From assembly GCA_964247055.1 (NCBI GenBank), contig OZ176053.1:4464001-4528000 (forward strand): DNA of 64,000 nt, given 5' to 3'. Below the pieces are notes generated by a model, which was not told the DNA's origin, made no database searches, and saw nothing but the letters and a program-made list of their open reading frames with translations. The translations under genes were made by a program, and so were the position numbers. Source of the DNA: Paragordius varius. Taxonomy: Eukaryota > Animalia > Nematomorpha. This document shows positions 23,121 to 35,989 of the stretch, in pieces (position 1 is the stretch's first letter; each line of letters opens with the position of its first letter).

Positions 23121-26100
23121 TTATGTTTTGGTCAAGGTTGATAATTTCTTAAGTAAAAGCAGTATATCAATTTCATTCTGTAATACTGACTTCTCGATTT
23201 GATCCTTTTGCCCTTTTAATCGACGTACTATTTCACCCTAAAAAATTAAAAATAAAAGACTAAATATATTTTTAGATTTTACGAAATCCGTATACCTAAA
23301 TAAATATGATTATTACAACGTATAAACAAACCAAAATTAATTTCAAACAAATTGATTGGTAAAATGATAAATTTTATGATGAATTAAATGTTTCATACTT
23401 GTTGGCTAATAAGATTATTTATTTCGTCATTATTCGATATTTTTAGCGTATCATCGTTTAGGGACAATATATTTAAATCATTTGATTCACCATTTTGTAA
23501 GTTTTCAGTGTTTCGTGTGCCTGATTTCAACTTTAATTGTTGCAACAATTTGGACATCTTAGATAAATTTTATCAAATCGCCATAAAAACATTATAAAAA
23601 TAAGAATAATAAAATTAAATTTACTTCATTATTTGTAGAACCATGACTATTATCACCATTACTTTCAATTTTGGATTTGTCTTTTTTGTTTTTTAATTTA
23701 TCTTTGGGTTTCTCATCGGGGGATCCGCCTCCAAATTTTTTCCTTAGTATTTCAATTTGTTTAGCCTCCAGTTTTTGAAACAATGGACTAGGCTATTAAT
23801 TATATTAAATATAATTTGAGTTATATGTTAATAAATTTTATTTTAACGGGAAAAAATTATTGATCAAAAATAATATATTTCTTGTAAAATTTATTCATTA
23901 AATGGGCGAATAATTCGTGCAAATTTTTGTTGCCTTTTTGGATTCTCATCTTTTTTTTACCGAAAATTAAATTCATACATGGGAGGCCTCAGATATTAGC
24001 TTAACTAATAATCCAACTTCTGTTCAAATTCATAAAAATTGTAATCCTTTAAATACACCGTTCTCTAATATATATAGGTCATAATACCCAATGTGAGTCA
24101 TAAAATTAATGAATTTTTTATAAGTTTTTAACGGGTATCTAGTTTTAATTTAAATTGGAATGTTTTTGTCGAATCACATACTTACCACTAACTGAAAAAC
24201 CACTAACAAAGATACTTAAACAAAAATTTTACACGATAAATATTATAGTTTAAATATTGTTTGACTTATTGTTTAATACTCTATGCTTTTAGAAAATTAA
24301 AGATGAAAAATATTTTTAAAGTAATTTATGGAAATATATTTACAGTATTTATAACGTGGCCTGGTTTAACAGCCATCCCCAAATACTGGGGTAAGGGTTG
24401 ATTTTTTGACATGGCTAATTGGTCGAAAATACGTGTTGCAGTGTCTGGCATATAGATTTGTAAACAGATAGCTAAGGTATTTATAGTATTTACAGCAAGG
24501 GAAAGAACATTTGCACATTGATTTCTAAACACAAATAATTTTTAGTTATATAAGGTTTATAATCAGACAAAATATTATGTTAAAAAATGCATGTCCCATA
24601 ACACTTCATTATCTTTTGGGGTAGTTAGGCATTCCGGAGCGATTTTTAATTTGAATATCTTAAATATTTAAGATATTGAGCCAAATATATAAATATACAT
24701 TCTTTAGTAGCCATTAATCTTTTTAAAAAAGGTAAATTTTAATAAATCTTCCCAAAACTTTTTCGCAGTAATTTTTTCTTTTGATATTTTTAAATCTCTA
24801 ACATAACAAGCGAATAAATGTATATTATTGTTAAAAAAATATAATTATCTTTAGAAAAATTTCAAATCATATTTTAGCTGTTAATCTTTGTTAATTATTA
24901 ATTCTAAATTCAGATGTTTGTTTCAATGGGTTATGAGCATATCCTAATTTTGGACTCTAAGTTATTTATCTGCAAATATTTGATAATTAATTTTAAACAA
25001 AACAACTTTTGAAACAATATAAGAGAGCAAAAAGTAATTGTTTAAAAAAAAATTTTATATAATGAGTAACCATTAAAAAATCCTGCTTTTTTTAAAATAT
25101 ATAAAAGTATTATAATAAAGAAAAACATTAAATGGTTCGAATGCAACTTAATGATCATTTACTTTTGCATAGTTTCTGAGCTTTTGTTCAAGAGCCATGG
25201 TTTTGTGTCTTGAATATAAAGATTCCCTGCATGTGAAATGTCCAAAAGGGTGTAAAGTGCTTCCCTAATCCTGTATAGTTGAAAAAATATTTTTTTTTAA
25301 ATAATCAAGATTTAAGTTGAAAATAATATTGTTCCGAAAATGCTTAATTAGATGTGACTAACTTAACATGATCCATCTGTTCTCTAAATTGGCTAATTAA
25401 TGCCGTAATATCATTAATGTATTTCAAATCACGATCGGTAAATTGAGTAATATCGGCTTCTGGTACGATTCGATTGTAAAATTGAGCGATAAAAGAAAGC
25501 CCTCTAATATAAATATTGAAATTTTTCGATAATTACGCATATAATATTAGGCAAAATAATTATACTACCGATTAATAAAATTCCCCAAATTATTCAACAA
25601 TTCCCCATTGTTTTTGTTTAACAAATCGTTCCAGCTAAAATTGGAATCCTAAAATATTATAATGATAAATAAATATAAAATTCAAGTTGATTTTGACTTT
25701 AAAAAATGTAAATGAAAACAAAAACTGGCAATATAAGCAGGAATCTAGAATAACCTCGACATATAATCGTAAAAAATGTTATTTTAATCCCACAATGACC
25801 TTCAAATTAAACAATTTTAAATTTATAATAACATAAATTACATCCAAATATATCTTTTTGTTGGTGAGGTAAAATAAAATAAATAAGTTAATGACATTTA
25901 CCAAAAATATTATAAGCTATACACATATAATTTAATTTATTAGATTATATCCTATGGGTTTTATCAGAAATTATTAAACTTTTAATATATATAAATTTTT
26001 TACCTGGGATTCTGGCCGTATGGATAAAAGATAAAAACGCCAAATGTCACTGGGTATGCCTGTCTCACTAACCTGATTCCCAAATAAACCAACGCCCCGG

Positions 26101-29100
26101 GATTTACTAAATTTTTGGTCTTCATAATTCAAATATTCTATTAAATAGATATATCATTGTTAATATAAGGAATATTGATGAGAGTACATCTATTATAAGG
26201 AATTTTATTGTTAAGTCAAACTTTTTTACTATTTGTGTCCAATTTATGATTAAAACTATTTATTATATCTTATTGATTGATCATTGCGTTTTTTACAGAA
26301 ACAATGCTAAATATTTTAAGTTAAAACTACATATTGGGTACTTTCCTAGATAATATCGGGTTTTTATAATCATATATTTCGATAATATATAAATATTTGG
26401 TATATACATGGCTTATTAAGTATTCAGCAAAGGAATAACTATGCAACTTTTCAGTCCCTTCGATAATGTAAAGAGTGAAGTCAACACTTTATTTTTTATG
26501 GATCGGAACAAAATCGGAAGTCAAGCAGGTGGCCAAAGAAATCCGCCACACAGAGGGGCCCATTTAGTGTTAATGAAGTTTTCCATACTTTTTAATGTTT
26601 TGATGATTAATGTCGAGATTATGTCATTTTTTTTACTCACAACTAACGTTAGAGTTAAACATTCTAAATAAAATAGGTTGACTGGTTAAGGCTTATATGT
26701 GACATAATATGTGAGAGTTTTACCTTAAAATTTCCCAGTTTTCTAAATTACTGTAAGCAAAAGGCAGGCGATCAGTGTTAACATCAGTCTAATCAACTTA
26801 TACATTTTATGGAAAAAGGACTAAAAAGTGCGTATCTGGAACCAAATTGTTTTTATGTTCATAAAATTGAATGATTGTATTTGCAATTTTTCGTTTTTCA
26901 AAAAATCCATGTAGACTTCAAAGATCGCGGTAATGTGTTAGTAATGATATATCATTCTCTATTCTAGTTGACAAATGCTGCTTCATAATGTAATGACTAA
27001 TTAATAACTATCCATGACCTGTTAGCACGGTATTTATTCAAAATTTTCAAACCATGACCATAAGCTTATGCCTTTATTTAAAAAATACATGGTTCCTGGT
27101 TAGTATTACATGAATTAGCAATCCAATATTGGACCGATAAAAAGATGGCGTTCAAAATTTTTCCCATTTTATTATAATTTATCCTTTATATTCCTTTGTC
27201 GCATGTGTATATTTATTGCCTAAGTCAGCCATGCCTTTAAAAACAAATTTCTATGCATTATCAGATCAAATTAATAGGGCCACCATGACCTACGGTTTTT
27301 CAATATATTAAAACATCTCCGATTCGATGATTAAGGAACAACCGACATGATTTACGCTAGTCGGTATAATTTTTATGGAATAATAAAAAATATTATAATA
27401 ATATAGTGATTAAACAAGCGAGAAAATATGTTTGCAAAACATTATTGTAATGTTATTAGCTGGTCTACAATAGATATGCATCCAAATAACCGCGGCACGA
27501 ATATTGCTTTTTTATGGACCTAATTTTTGATAAATCGTAATGCGACATATCCATAAATAATATTGGGTTGACAAATTGTAATCGAAACTTATTTTATATG
27601 AACATATATAATAATAGGCATAAAAAGCAATATTTCAATTTGCAAAAAGCGATCTTTATGCTTTAATATATGGATTCTATGAAGATCTAACTCTAGTAAA
27701 CTAGAAGCCAAAAGCGAAGCCAACCGTTTTTATAATAAGTAGTAGCACTGATTTCCAAAAAAATTTCTTAAACGTTAATATTATTTTAGAGCCCCTATTT
27801 TAACAAGTGGCGCTAAATTGAGGGGATTAAAAAAACGAAAAAGGTACAAATGTATCTAAAAATAATTGGTTCCATTAATTTAATTTATTAAAAAGAACTT
27901 GCGCTTTTTAGCGCATAAAAAATTACTTTGATTCAGCTTATAATTTAAAATTGGTAAAACATAGTGAAATTAGGGACATACCAGTTGCTATTAAATGATT
28001 CACAAGCGTATAAGGGTCACCAGTTCCTAACAAGCAACACGGGAATATAACCGCATGGAAAGGGACATTATCTTTCGCCATAAAGTTATAAAGCGTGACC
28101 TATTTATTATATAAAGTTTTTATTTATTAAACTTTAGTTAGGGAAAATTCAGTACTTTAGTATTATGTTATGGGGTTATATTTATTATATAGTTTTATAT
28201 AATTAAAAAATAATTACCTCTTCAGAATTTTTCCACCAATCCTCCCAATCAGGTGTATAATCGGCAGTGATTGAAAGATAACCAATAGGTGCATCATACC
28301 ATACATAAAAAACCTGTAAAATATTTTAAAAAAATCTATGAAAATTTAATGTACAAATATTAAATAGCTGATGTTGGCTTCAACATATATAATATCGAAA
28401 TATAATGATCATATACTCGGGCATGTATTAAATATCGCATATTTTGCACATTTGTACAAATAAAAATAATTACAATATTTAAGCGGTCCTTAATAGACCA
28501 ACAAAAATTTAAGCTGAAAAATCGGATATTGGGCGAGATTTCGATCCAAAAATGCGATTATGCGGTAAAAAAATCAATTCTTTACATAAATATCTAATGA
28601 TTAATGTGACAGATAACCCCGTATTTATGACTCATTTGAAAAAAAATTAAGCTAAATAGAAGATGAAAAGGAAATATTATTAGTTTTACAAAATATTATT
28701 ATAGAAAATTAAATTTTTTAGAAATACAACTTCTATCTACTAAGTTTTATTATGGAATTACCCATAAATGGATAGGCATCACTAAATTTTGATCATGATC
28801 GGTTATAAAAACTTACTAAATCCAAAAACATAATCAATAAAAGTTTTTACAATATTGAATTGTGTATTTAAATATTTTTCTATATAGAAAGCTTAAATAT
28901 TTCTCTAACGCAGAATATTGAGTTGTGTTAAATATATAGTAATTATTTATATGGCTTTAATACAAAGTATGAATGTTTGCCGCATGATTGGATTTTTCAA
29001 TTCTCATGACTAAGTAATATTTTTCATTTTTTTATTTATGTATTTTTAGGTTTTTATATATTTTATATTATTTATAGTCGGAAATCAATATATTTGGTAA

Positions 29101-31760
29101 AACTAAAAGTTAACTGATGCATTTAACTTTTGTTATTTTATTTGTCTCTATATGCATATAAAACTCATTTTCTCGATTTAGACTAACTAAACTAACTTCT
29201 CTATAGTATTTTAAACCTATTTATTTTATGTTGATTAAAGTGTGGCTTTATCAAATGGTATATAGATTTTTAAATTTACTTTATTGTGCACAATCTAATG
29301 CCACATCTTCTATGCTCTTAAAATCTAATAATTACATTTCTTATTTTAATTCGAGCATGGATAAAAAAGTGTTTGTAAGATCGTTTATATAATTTTACCA
29401 TACATTAGAATAATCACTATTTACATTAATATCGCATTATAATTAATTAGATAATGACCTTATCCTCCATTCCTGGGGCGGGAACTGGTGTGCCCCATTT
29501 CAAATCTCTCGTTATGCAGCGCGGTTTAAGACCTGTTTTCATCCAAGATCTGGTTATAACACTAGCGGTTTGAGTCCAATCACTACCATTTCCAACCGTA
29601 TCAGATGAAACAATGTTGCCATCTTTTTCTGTAGCGAAAAAATATTATTTAGCCATATTTATAAATTTATTATAGTTAGAGTTATGACTAACACAGCTTT
29701 CAAATATGAGCCGGTCAAAAATGCTAAGCCCATGTTGAAATGCGATAAAGTAAAAAAATAGTATTGTATAAAATGTAATTTGTGGAATTTTGACATAATG
29801 TAATAATTATTCTTACCTGTATAAATAAAACCATTTAATTGATAGTTATTATTGTATTACAATATTACCTTTTTTCAACAATTAATCCAATCAAACTCTA
29901 CACTTATAATTAACTGCTTTAAATAAAAATATAAAAAATTTAATAGTATAAAAGCATGTATAGTCTCTTAATCGTTATATGATTTTTTCGCATTTTTTTT
30001 GTTTTTTTATTTTTCAGTCAAAATAATTAATGTAAATTTGCTTAGTGGGCATTAAATTAAAGCCAACGCTTTTTTAAACCCAAACTTACACTTATGAAAT
30101 TTTAAGTTTTTAATGAAAATATATTTTAGATAAGTTTTTTAATCACTATAAATAAGTGTTGTTGAATTGTATTAAAAAAGGTGTATAATTTTAATTGTGG
30201 CATTAAAAAATTGGTTATCACTGATGGATGTATTAATTAGTTTATATAATTAATTATTTTTTACAGGATAAAAAGTTTCCCTATGGACAAATATATTATA
30301 CGGATGAGGTGAAAAAATAATTTAGAATAGTTGATGCTGGTCATCTCGCGAAATAAATGATCTCAATAACAAAAAATTTTAATGAAATATTAAATGAGTA
30401 AGTATAGGAAAGGGAAACGTTATGGCAAACACGAATTTGCTTTTATTCATTAAAATCATATATTGTTCCATATGCTGAATTAAAAGATCAAATTGACATA
30501 TACCATATTTATCCCAACCCAAATATTTCATTAAATAATAGGACTGGTAAAACATGATTTTAGAAGATTGTTTCAAATTTAAGGTTATATTATACCGTAA
30601 ATTCGCCATTACTATAGTCATTAAAATATTATTGGTAAATATTTGAATACATATCAAAGTTGACATATTTGTAGATGCACAGCTCCAAATACATTATTCC
30701 ATCGCGTAGTGTTATATCCATTTTATATTTAAAAACATAAAATAACTGGTTATAAATAGGTAATTTTACAAATTCATCATAAAGGGTAGAACTCCGGATT
30801 CGTAGTTTTCGTAACACGAAGTAATTCATATTTATAATATTTATACTTCGTGGTAATCAGAGGCGATTTTTTTACGTAACACATGCCCTTGTGTACAACT
30901 AATGATTTTACAGAACATTAGAAACTGGCCTTTGCCGTTAGCGCATTTTCATACCCAAGCCAACACCGCAATGAGGTGGCAATAAATATTTATTAAATAA
31001 ATGAACTTTAAAAGAGACCTCTTTATTTATCACTCTATTTTTTTAAAAAAAGATTTACCATTTGTATCGCTTTGAACGGATGGATGGGGGACAGAGCTCA
31101 CAGTTTTTTCAAACCATTCGGCATGCTTCCCTTCCAACTAAAGAATAGTTATTGTAAAAAATATATTAATTAAATCAATTAAATCAAAAATAAAAATACA
31201 AACATAATATTAATCTTTTATATAAAAATAAGATAAGAGTTTTATAAAATCGTTAAAAAAATGTCATAACACCATTAAAAAATATAATTTAAATATTGAA
31301 TTACTGTTTCCACATTTAAGAGACAAATAATCGTGTTAAAATATATACGTTTTCAAATCAAAAAATAATATATTTTATGTATACTTACAACCTACCTTAG
31401 GTAAATCCAAAAACAAATGGGACGATTGTTTAACGCAAATACCATCAGATTTGCCACAAATCTTACAAGTGGGGCGGATTAAATCAGCAGCATTCATGAG
31501 TTTACCACATTTGTCACATTGATCGCCGCGTGCGCTTTCATATTGACAAAGAGGACAGGTCCCTTCAATATAACGATCGGCTAAGAATCTAAAAAAAACA
31601 TTTATTAAGAAAAAAGTTTTTAAAAAGTCCAAAAAAATTAAAAAAACCTGTTTTTATGCTATAGATCCTTAAACCCTAAAATTATTCAGAATGTTTTTAA
31701 AAAGTTACTAAATAGAAATCAATTTTTAAAAAAACAATTTAAAAATGAAAAAACATGTAT

Positions 31761-31817
<57 letters not shown>

Positions 31818-32546
31818 TATAATCCACGTTCATAAGTCATTGAACGCGATTTTATAATATGTAATGAAGTGCAATATAATTTTTAAATTAATATGATTTA
31901 ATTGCCAAAAATGATATAACCATAACATGATTAAAATAAAGCGTTTAAATTTGAATTGCTTATTGCAATTTGTTGATACACATACCTTTGACAATGTTGA
32001 CAATATGTCTGATCTGTACTCTCCGTAAAAATATAGCCGGCATCATTTAACTTGTGAAATATATCTTGTGCAATCCTAAAAATAACACCAACAAAAAAAC
32101 TTAGTTTGATGTGGATTTGTTGTTCGCCCAAATTTATCGAATGATATGTTAAACCATTTATACACATCTGAATGAACTTTGTAAAATGTGTCACATAATT
32201 CTTTCGGTGACACACCGTCCTCTAAGGCTTTGATTTCCGTCGCCGTACCATACTCGTCAGTACCACATACATAAAGTACATTATTATTAGGCTTAAGTCG
32301 ACTGTACCTAAATATATTAAAAAAAAATTTACCTAGCAAAGACATCAGCACTTAATACGCATCCAATAATGTTTCCTAGATGGGGTACATTATTTATATA
32401 CGGTAAAGCACTCGTAATTAATATATTATGATAACCCTTTTGAGGCTTAAGACTATGGATTAATATATATATTAAATGTACTTTGACGTGGGCTGCAAAT
32501 CTGTTACATCATAATTTATGTATTTTTCAGCTTGCTGTATACCCAT
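23121..32546 (-). CDS. MARS1: Cytosolic methionyl-tRNA synthetase with C-terminal WHEP domain
   Basis: [42 protein letters not shown], zinc knuckles (CPLC, CDKC, CKIC), [56 protein letters not shown]-like QGEIVRRLK...EIDILLLLK. About 15 exons. The start ATG at 32546 is tentative. Confidence 0.96.
31772..31811. repeat. (TA)n microsatellite, longest of several
   Basis: About 40-bp TA run. Other (TA)n runs at ~9596, 16165, 40381, 46345, 52452, 55141, 58600 and 63598; (CA)n at ~47884. Confidence 0.95.
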
Positions 32547-32889
32547 GTGAACCAAATGATTTTAGCGTATTCATATGCAACAATTTTTATGACCAATGGA
32601 TGATTTCAAAAAATTAATGATTCATTTGTCGATTACAACTATAATATTTATTTTGACAAAAATTGTTGTTAAATATCTTTTTTATTTAATTTGACTGTGC
32701 ATATTTTATAATAAATGATAGGTATTAAATTCTTGATTGGTCTCCTGCATTCATTACACCACTGATTTTTCGCTTTGATCTTGTTCAACTCAAGACACTT
32801 TTCCCTATTAGAGGTCATTACCAAGCTTTTCCATTTTCTCTATAACTTTTAAGTCGTCAATCCCTTCTTAAAATCTTATGCGTAACAAA

Positions 32890-34260
32890 AAAATAAAATT
32901 TTGATCGTGCGGCTTTAGCCGTTAATTAGGTCCTTCACACCCTTAAAAATGCGCCCCATAGAATGATTTTTTTATTTTGAGGTAGTTTTTCCAAAAACTA
33001 ATGAGAGCATATGGAATCAAATGATTCCAGTTTTCCGTAAATAGGCAAAAATTTTAATCAGGCGCTTTTTTGTATCAGCTTCCGGGTAGGGAGCTACCCG
33101 CCTAAAACTGCGCCACCATATCAAAATTGCGTGTTTATTAGTAAATTTTCAGAAAACTTATCAGGCCACATAAGTCTGATCAGTGCCTGAATTATTACCG
33201 TAAAAAGGCAAAAATTTAAGTCAAGCGGTTTTTTAAAATTAGCCGTCAATTAGGCCTTTCCCTAAAAATGCAATATCATTCAACTATTATTTTTGAAGCC
33301 ATTCTTCCAAAAACTATTAAAAAGATATGGAATGAATAATGATTCCAGGCATTCCCCTATGAAGGCAAAATTTTTTATCTAATTACATTTTTATATTGGC
33401 CTCTGGGTAGGGGGCTACGCGCCTTAAACTCCCACTATATCGATACAGCCTGACTTTGGAGGCAAATTTCAGAAAACTTATCACGCTATATGAGTTCAAT
33501 AAAAGCTTAAAATGTTACCCGTAAAAGGGCAAAAATTTAAGAAGAGTGGTTTTATAAATTACCCCTAAATTAGGCCCTTGCCCTAAAAAATGCGCCACCA
33601 TAGAATGACTTATTGGTTTTGAAGCATATTTTGGAAAATCCCACGAGAGCATATGGAATCAGTCATGATTCCAGGTATTATCCGAATTAAGGCTAAAATT
33701 TTAATTGAGCGTTTTTTTGGTTTCCCCTGGTTAGGGGGTTACGGCATAAAACTGCGACATCATATCGATACAGCATGCCTTTGGAGCCAGATTTCAGGAA
33801 ACCTATGTGTCTAATAGGAACATATAATCCATGATAAATCCAGATATTCCATAAATAAAGACAAAAATTTTGCCCAACGGTTTTTTTACCCCCTAAGGAG
33901 CTACCCGCCAAAAATTGTGCCACTATGAAAATATATAAAGCCACATGACTTCATTAAAAGATTGAAATATTACCCGAAACTAGATAAATTAAGGTGGGGC
34001 TTTTTTAATCAGTCGTTAATTTAGGGCCTTGCCCCTAAAAATACGCCATCGCATAACGATATTATGTGTTGAGGCCTTTTTTCGATAACCCCATGAGACG
34101 ATGGTATTTAAGATAATTCCAAATATTTATTCTATAAGGGCAAAGAATTTAACTTAGCGCTTTACCATATAGGTCTATAGGTCAGGGTCTATCAGTTTAA
34201 AACTGAGACGCCATACAAAAATGGCGTGGTTTAGAAGATAATTAAAACACTTAAGAAGAC
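32890..34260 (+). repeat. Degenerate tandem array of ~160-bp monomers in alternating A/B (~320-bp) order
   Basis: The anchor CCTAAAA(A/C)TGCGCC(A/C)CCATA recurs at about 32942, 33101, 33261, 33422, 33581, 33744, 33907, 34034 and 34196. TTAATTAGGCCC recurs about every 320 bp. Confidence 0.85.
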
Positions 34261-34709
34261 ATAGGAGTTCACTTAAACACATTTCTGGGAAAATTATATA
34301 TCATTTTTTCCTTTAAAAAGGGACCAAAAATGAGTTACTTTTTATATTCCTTGATCCCAGCTGTGGGAATCAAAATAAATAACCATAATTTCGAAAAACG
34401 AAAATCTTAAATTAAATCCAAAGATAGTTGTATATTAACTTTCGTAAGGGACAGTTTAAACATGGTCATTATCGAGTAAACTATATTTGAACCTATGCGA
34501 AAACCGTAAAAGAATAATTAAAAACATTTTTTTATATGTTTTTTTAATCTCCATTACCTCTATTTATTGCAAATTATTAAGGATAATTATCGGTGAGACT
34601 AAGTCAAAGCGAAGCGTTAGAGGGCCAGCTGGTAGTTCATAAATTTTAAAAATACAAATAAAACAGGTAAATAATTTTATATGAAGAAAACAGTAAATAA
34701 TTAACTTAA

Positions 34710-35784
34710 CACTTCGATTCAATTGTGGTATATAAATACCCCAGGCTAATTGATAATTGTAAAAAACTGCTCGTATTTAAAATTATGCTTCTATCTTATT
34801 AAAAATTATATAAATAAGCCAAAATTATTAAATAAAATTTAGTTTTGAAAAGAAAAGTACGATAATAAATTACTTTGACGCCATTTTTATTTTGCAGCAT
34901 TTTTGCAAAATATAGTATATTTAATAAACACTTGGGTAAAACACATTTATTTCTATCCTTCGATTTAAATTGGGGTTGTTATATATCCCAAACTTGTTTA
35001 AAATAAAATAATTTAAATAATATGGATAAATTGAAATCATAGCAAAAGTTTGCACTTTAAGGTAAACATAACGAAAGATTCATTCATACTTGATGTTACT
35101 TATTTAGAGGTAAAATCCAAAGGTAAAAATTTAGCCAACAATGTGTGCATTAGCTAAATATAAAAATAATGCAATATATACAATTTTTTTGTTTTTATTA
35201 ATTTAATGTGATTTTAATAAATAGGTAAATTTAATTCAGGTTTAGAATCTCATTAACATGACATTGTAATAAAATAAAAATGGCGTCCAACCAAGCTTGA
35301 TACGGAGTTTTTTTTTTAAATTAAACTTTATTTGGATATTTTGGCTTGTTTGTATAATTTATATAAGGATAGAAGCATAAATTTAAATTGGAACCGTTTC
35401 TTTTAGTAGTTTAAAAATATCAGCTCAAATATTGTCTTATTTAGTACCCAATTTGAGTTGAAGTGTTAATTTTGAATCTAAAACTAGAATTTTTTACTAA
35501 AATCATATTTAATAATGATATAACCAGAAATAGTGGTATATTTTCGTTATTTTTTTATTTTGATTATGCACACATGTCAAAATGGCTATTGCACCTTCAG
35601 GTTTTACTGAATAAGTAATATGAAGTATTTTTGAATAATTTTTTTATTATATTTTGGTTTATTAAGGTTATATAAGGCAAACTTTTGCTATGGTTTCAAT
35701 ATTTTATAAATATTTATTTATAAACAATATCCAAATAACCCAATTTGAATCGAAGGACTGAAATGCCTGTGTTGTATCCAAGTG
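34710..35784 (+). mobile_element. piggyBac-like element, older outer copy interrupted by a nested insertion
   Basis: TTAA|CACTTCGATTCAA at 34706-34722 and GTATCCAAGTG|TTAA ending at 35788. The internal sequence matches copies 1 and 2 on both sides of the insert. Confidence 0.82.
34929..35465 (-). mobile_element. piggyBac-like element, same family, nested in inverted orientation
   Basis: TAAA|CACTTGGGTAAAACAC...CCTTCGATTTAAATTGGGG is the reverse complement of the family right end. GGATAGAAGCATAAATTTAAATTGG...AAGTG|TTAA is the reverse complement of the family left end. Confidence 0.8.
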
Positions 35785-35989
35785 TTAAGAAAGCTTTCAA
35801 TACATTGGCAGAAATAAATCAGCTGTTCGTTTCAATCGTGGACTATCCCCATTTTTAACTCCAGACGCTATAAAAAATGTAAAAAGAATAAGCTTTTTTA
35901 TCCAATACAGCAGAAAATGTATGATAAATAAATATTAACCAAAGCCTACAGTAGTTTTAAATATAAGTTTCAAAGCAAAAATCTACGCA

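Noticed and set aside
27696-27730. CTAG|T with GCGAAGC, a possible Helitron end
   Set aside because: No proper subterminal hairpin and no link to the other copies.
30379-30990. ORFs in a MARS1 intron with a TTRWNN hAT-transposase-like motif
   Set aside because: A single short motif among many stops; not enough to call a transposase.
33693-33944. 83-aa minus-strand ORF
   Set aside because: Lies wholly within the tandem array; likely a chance open frame.
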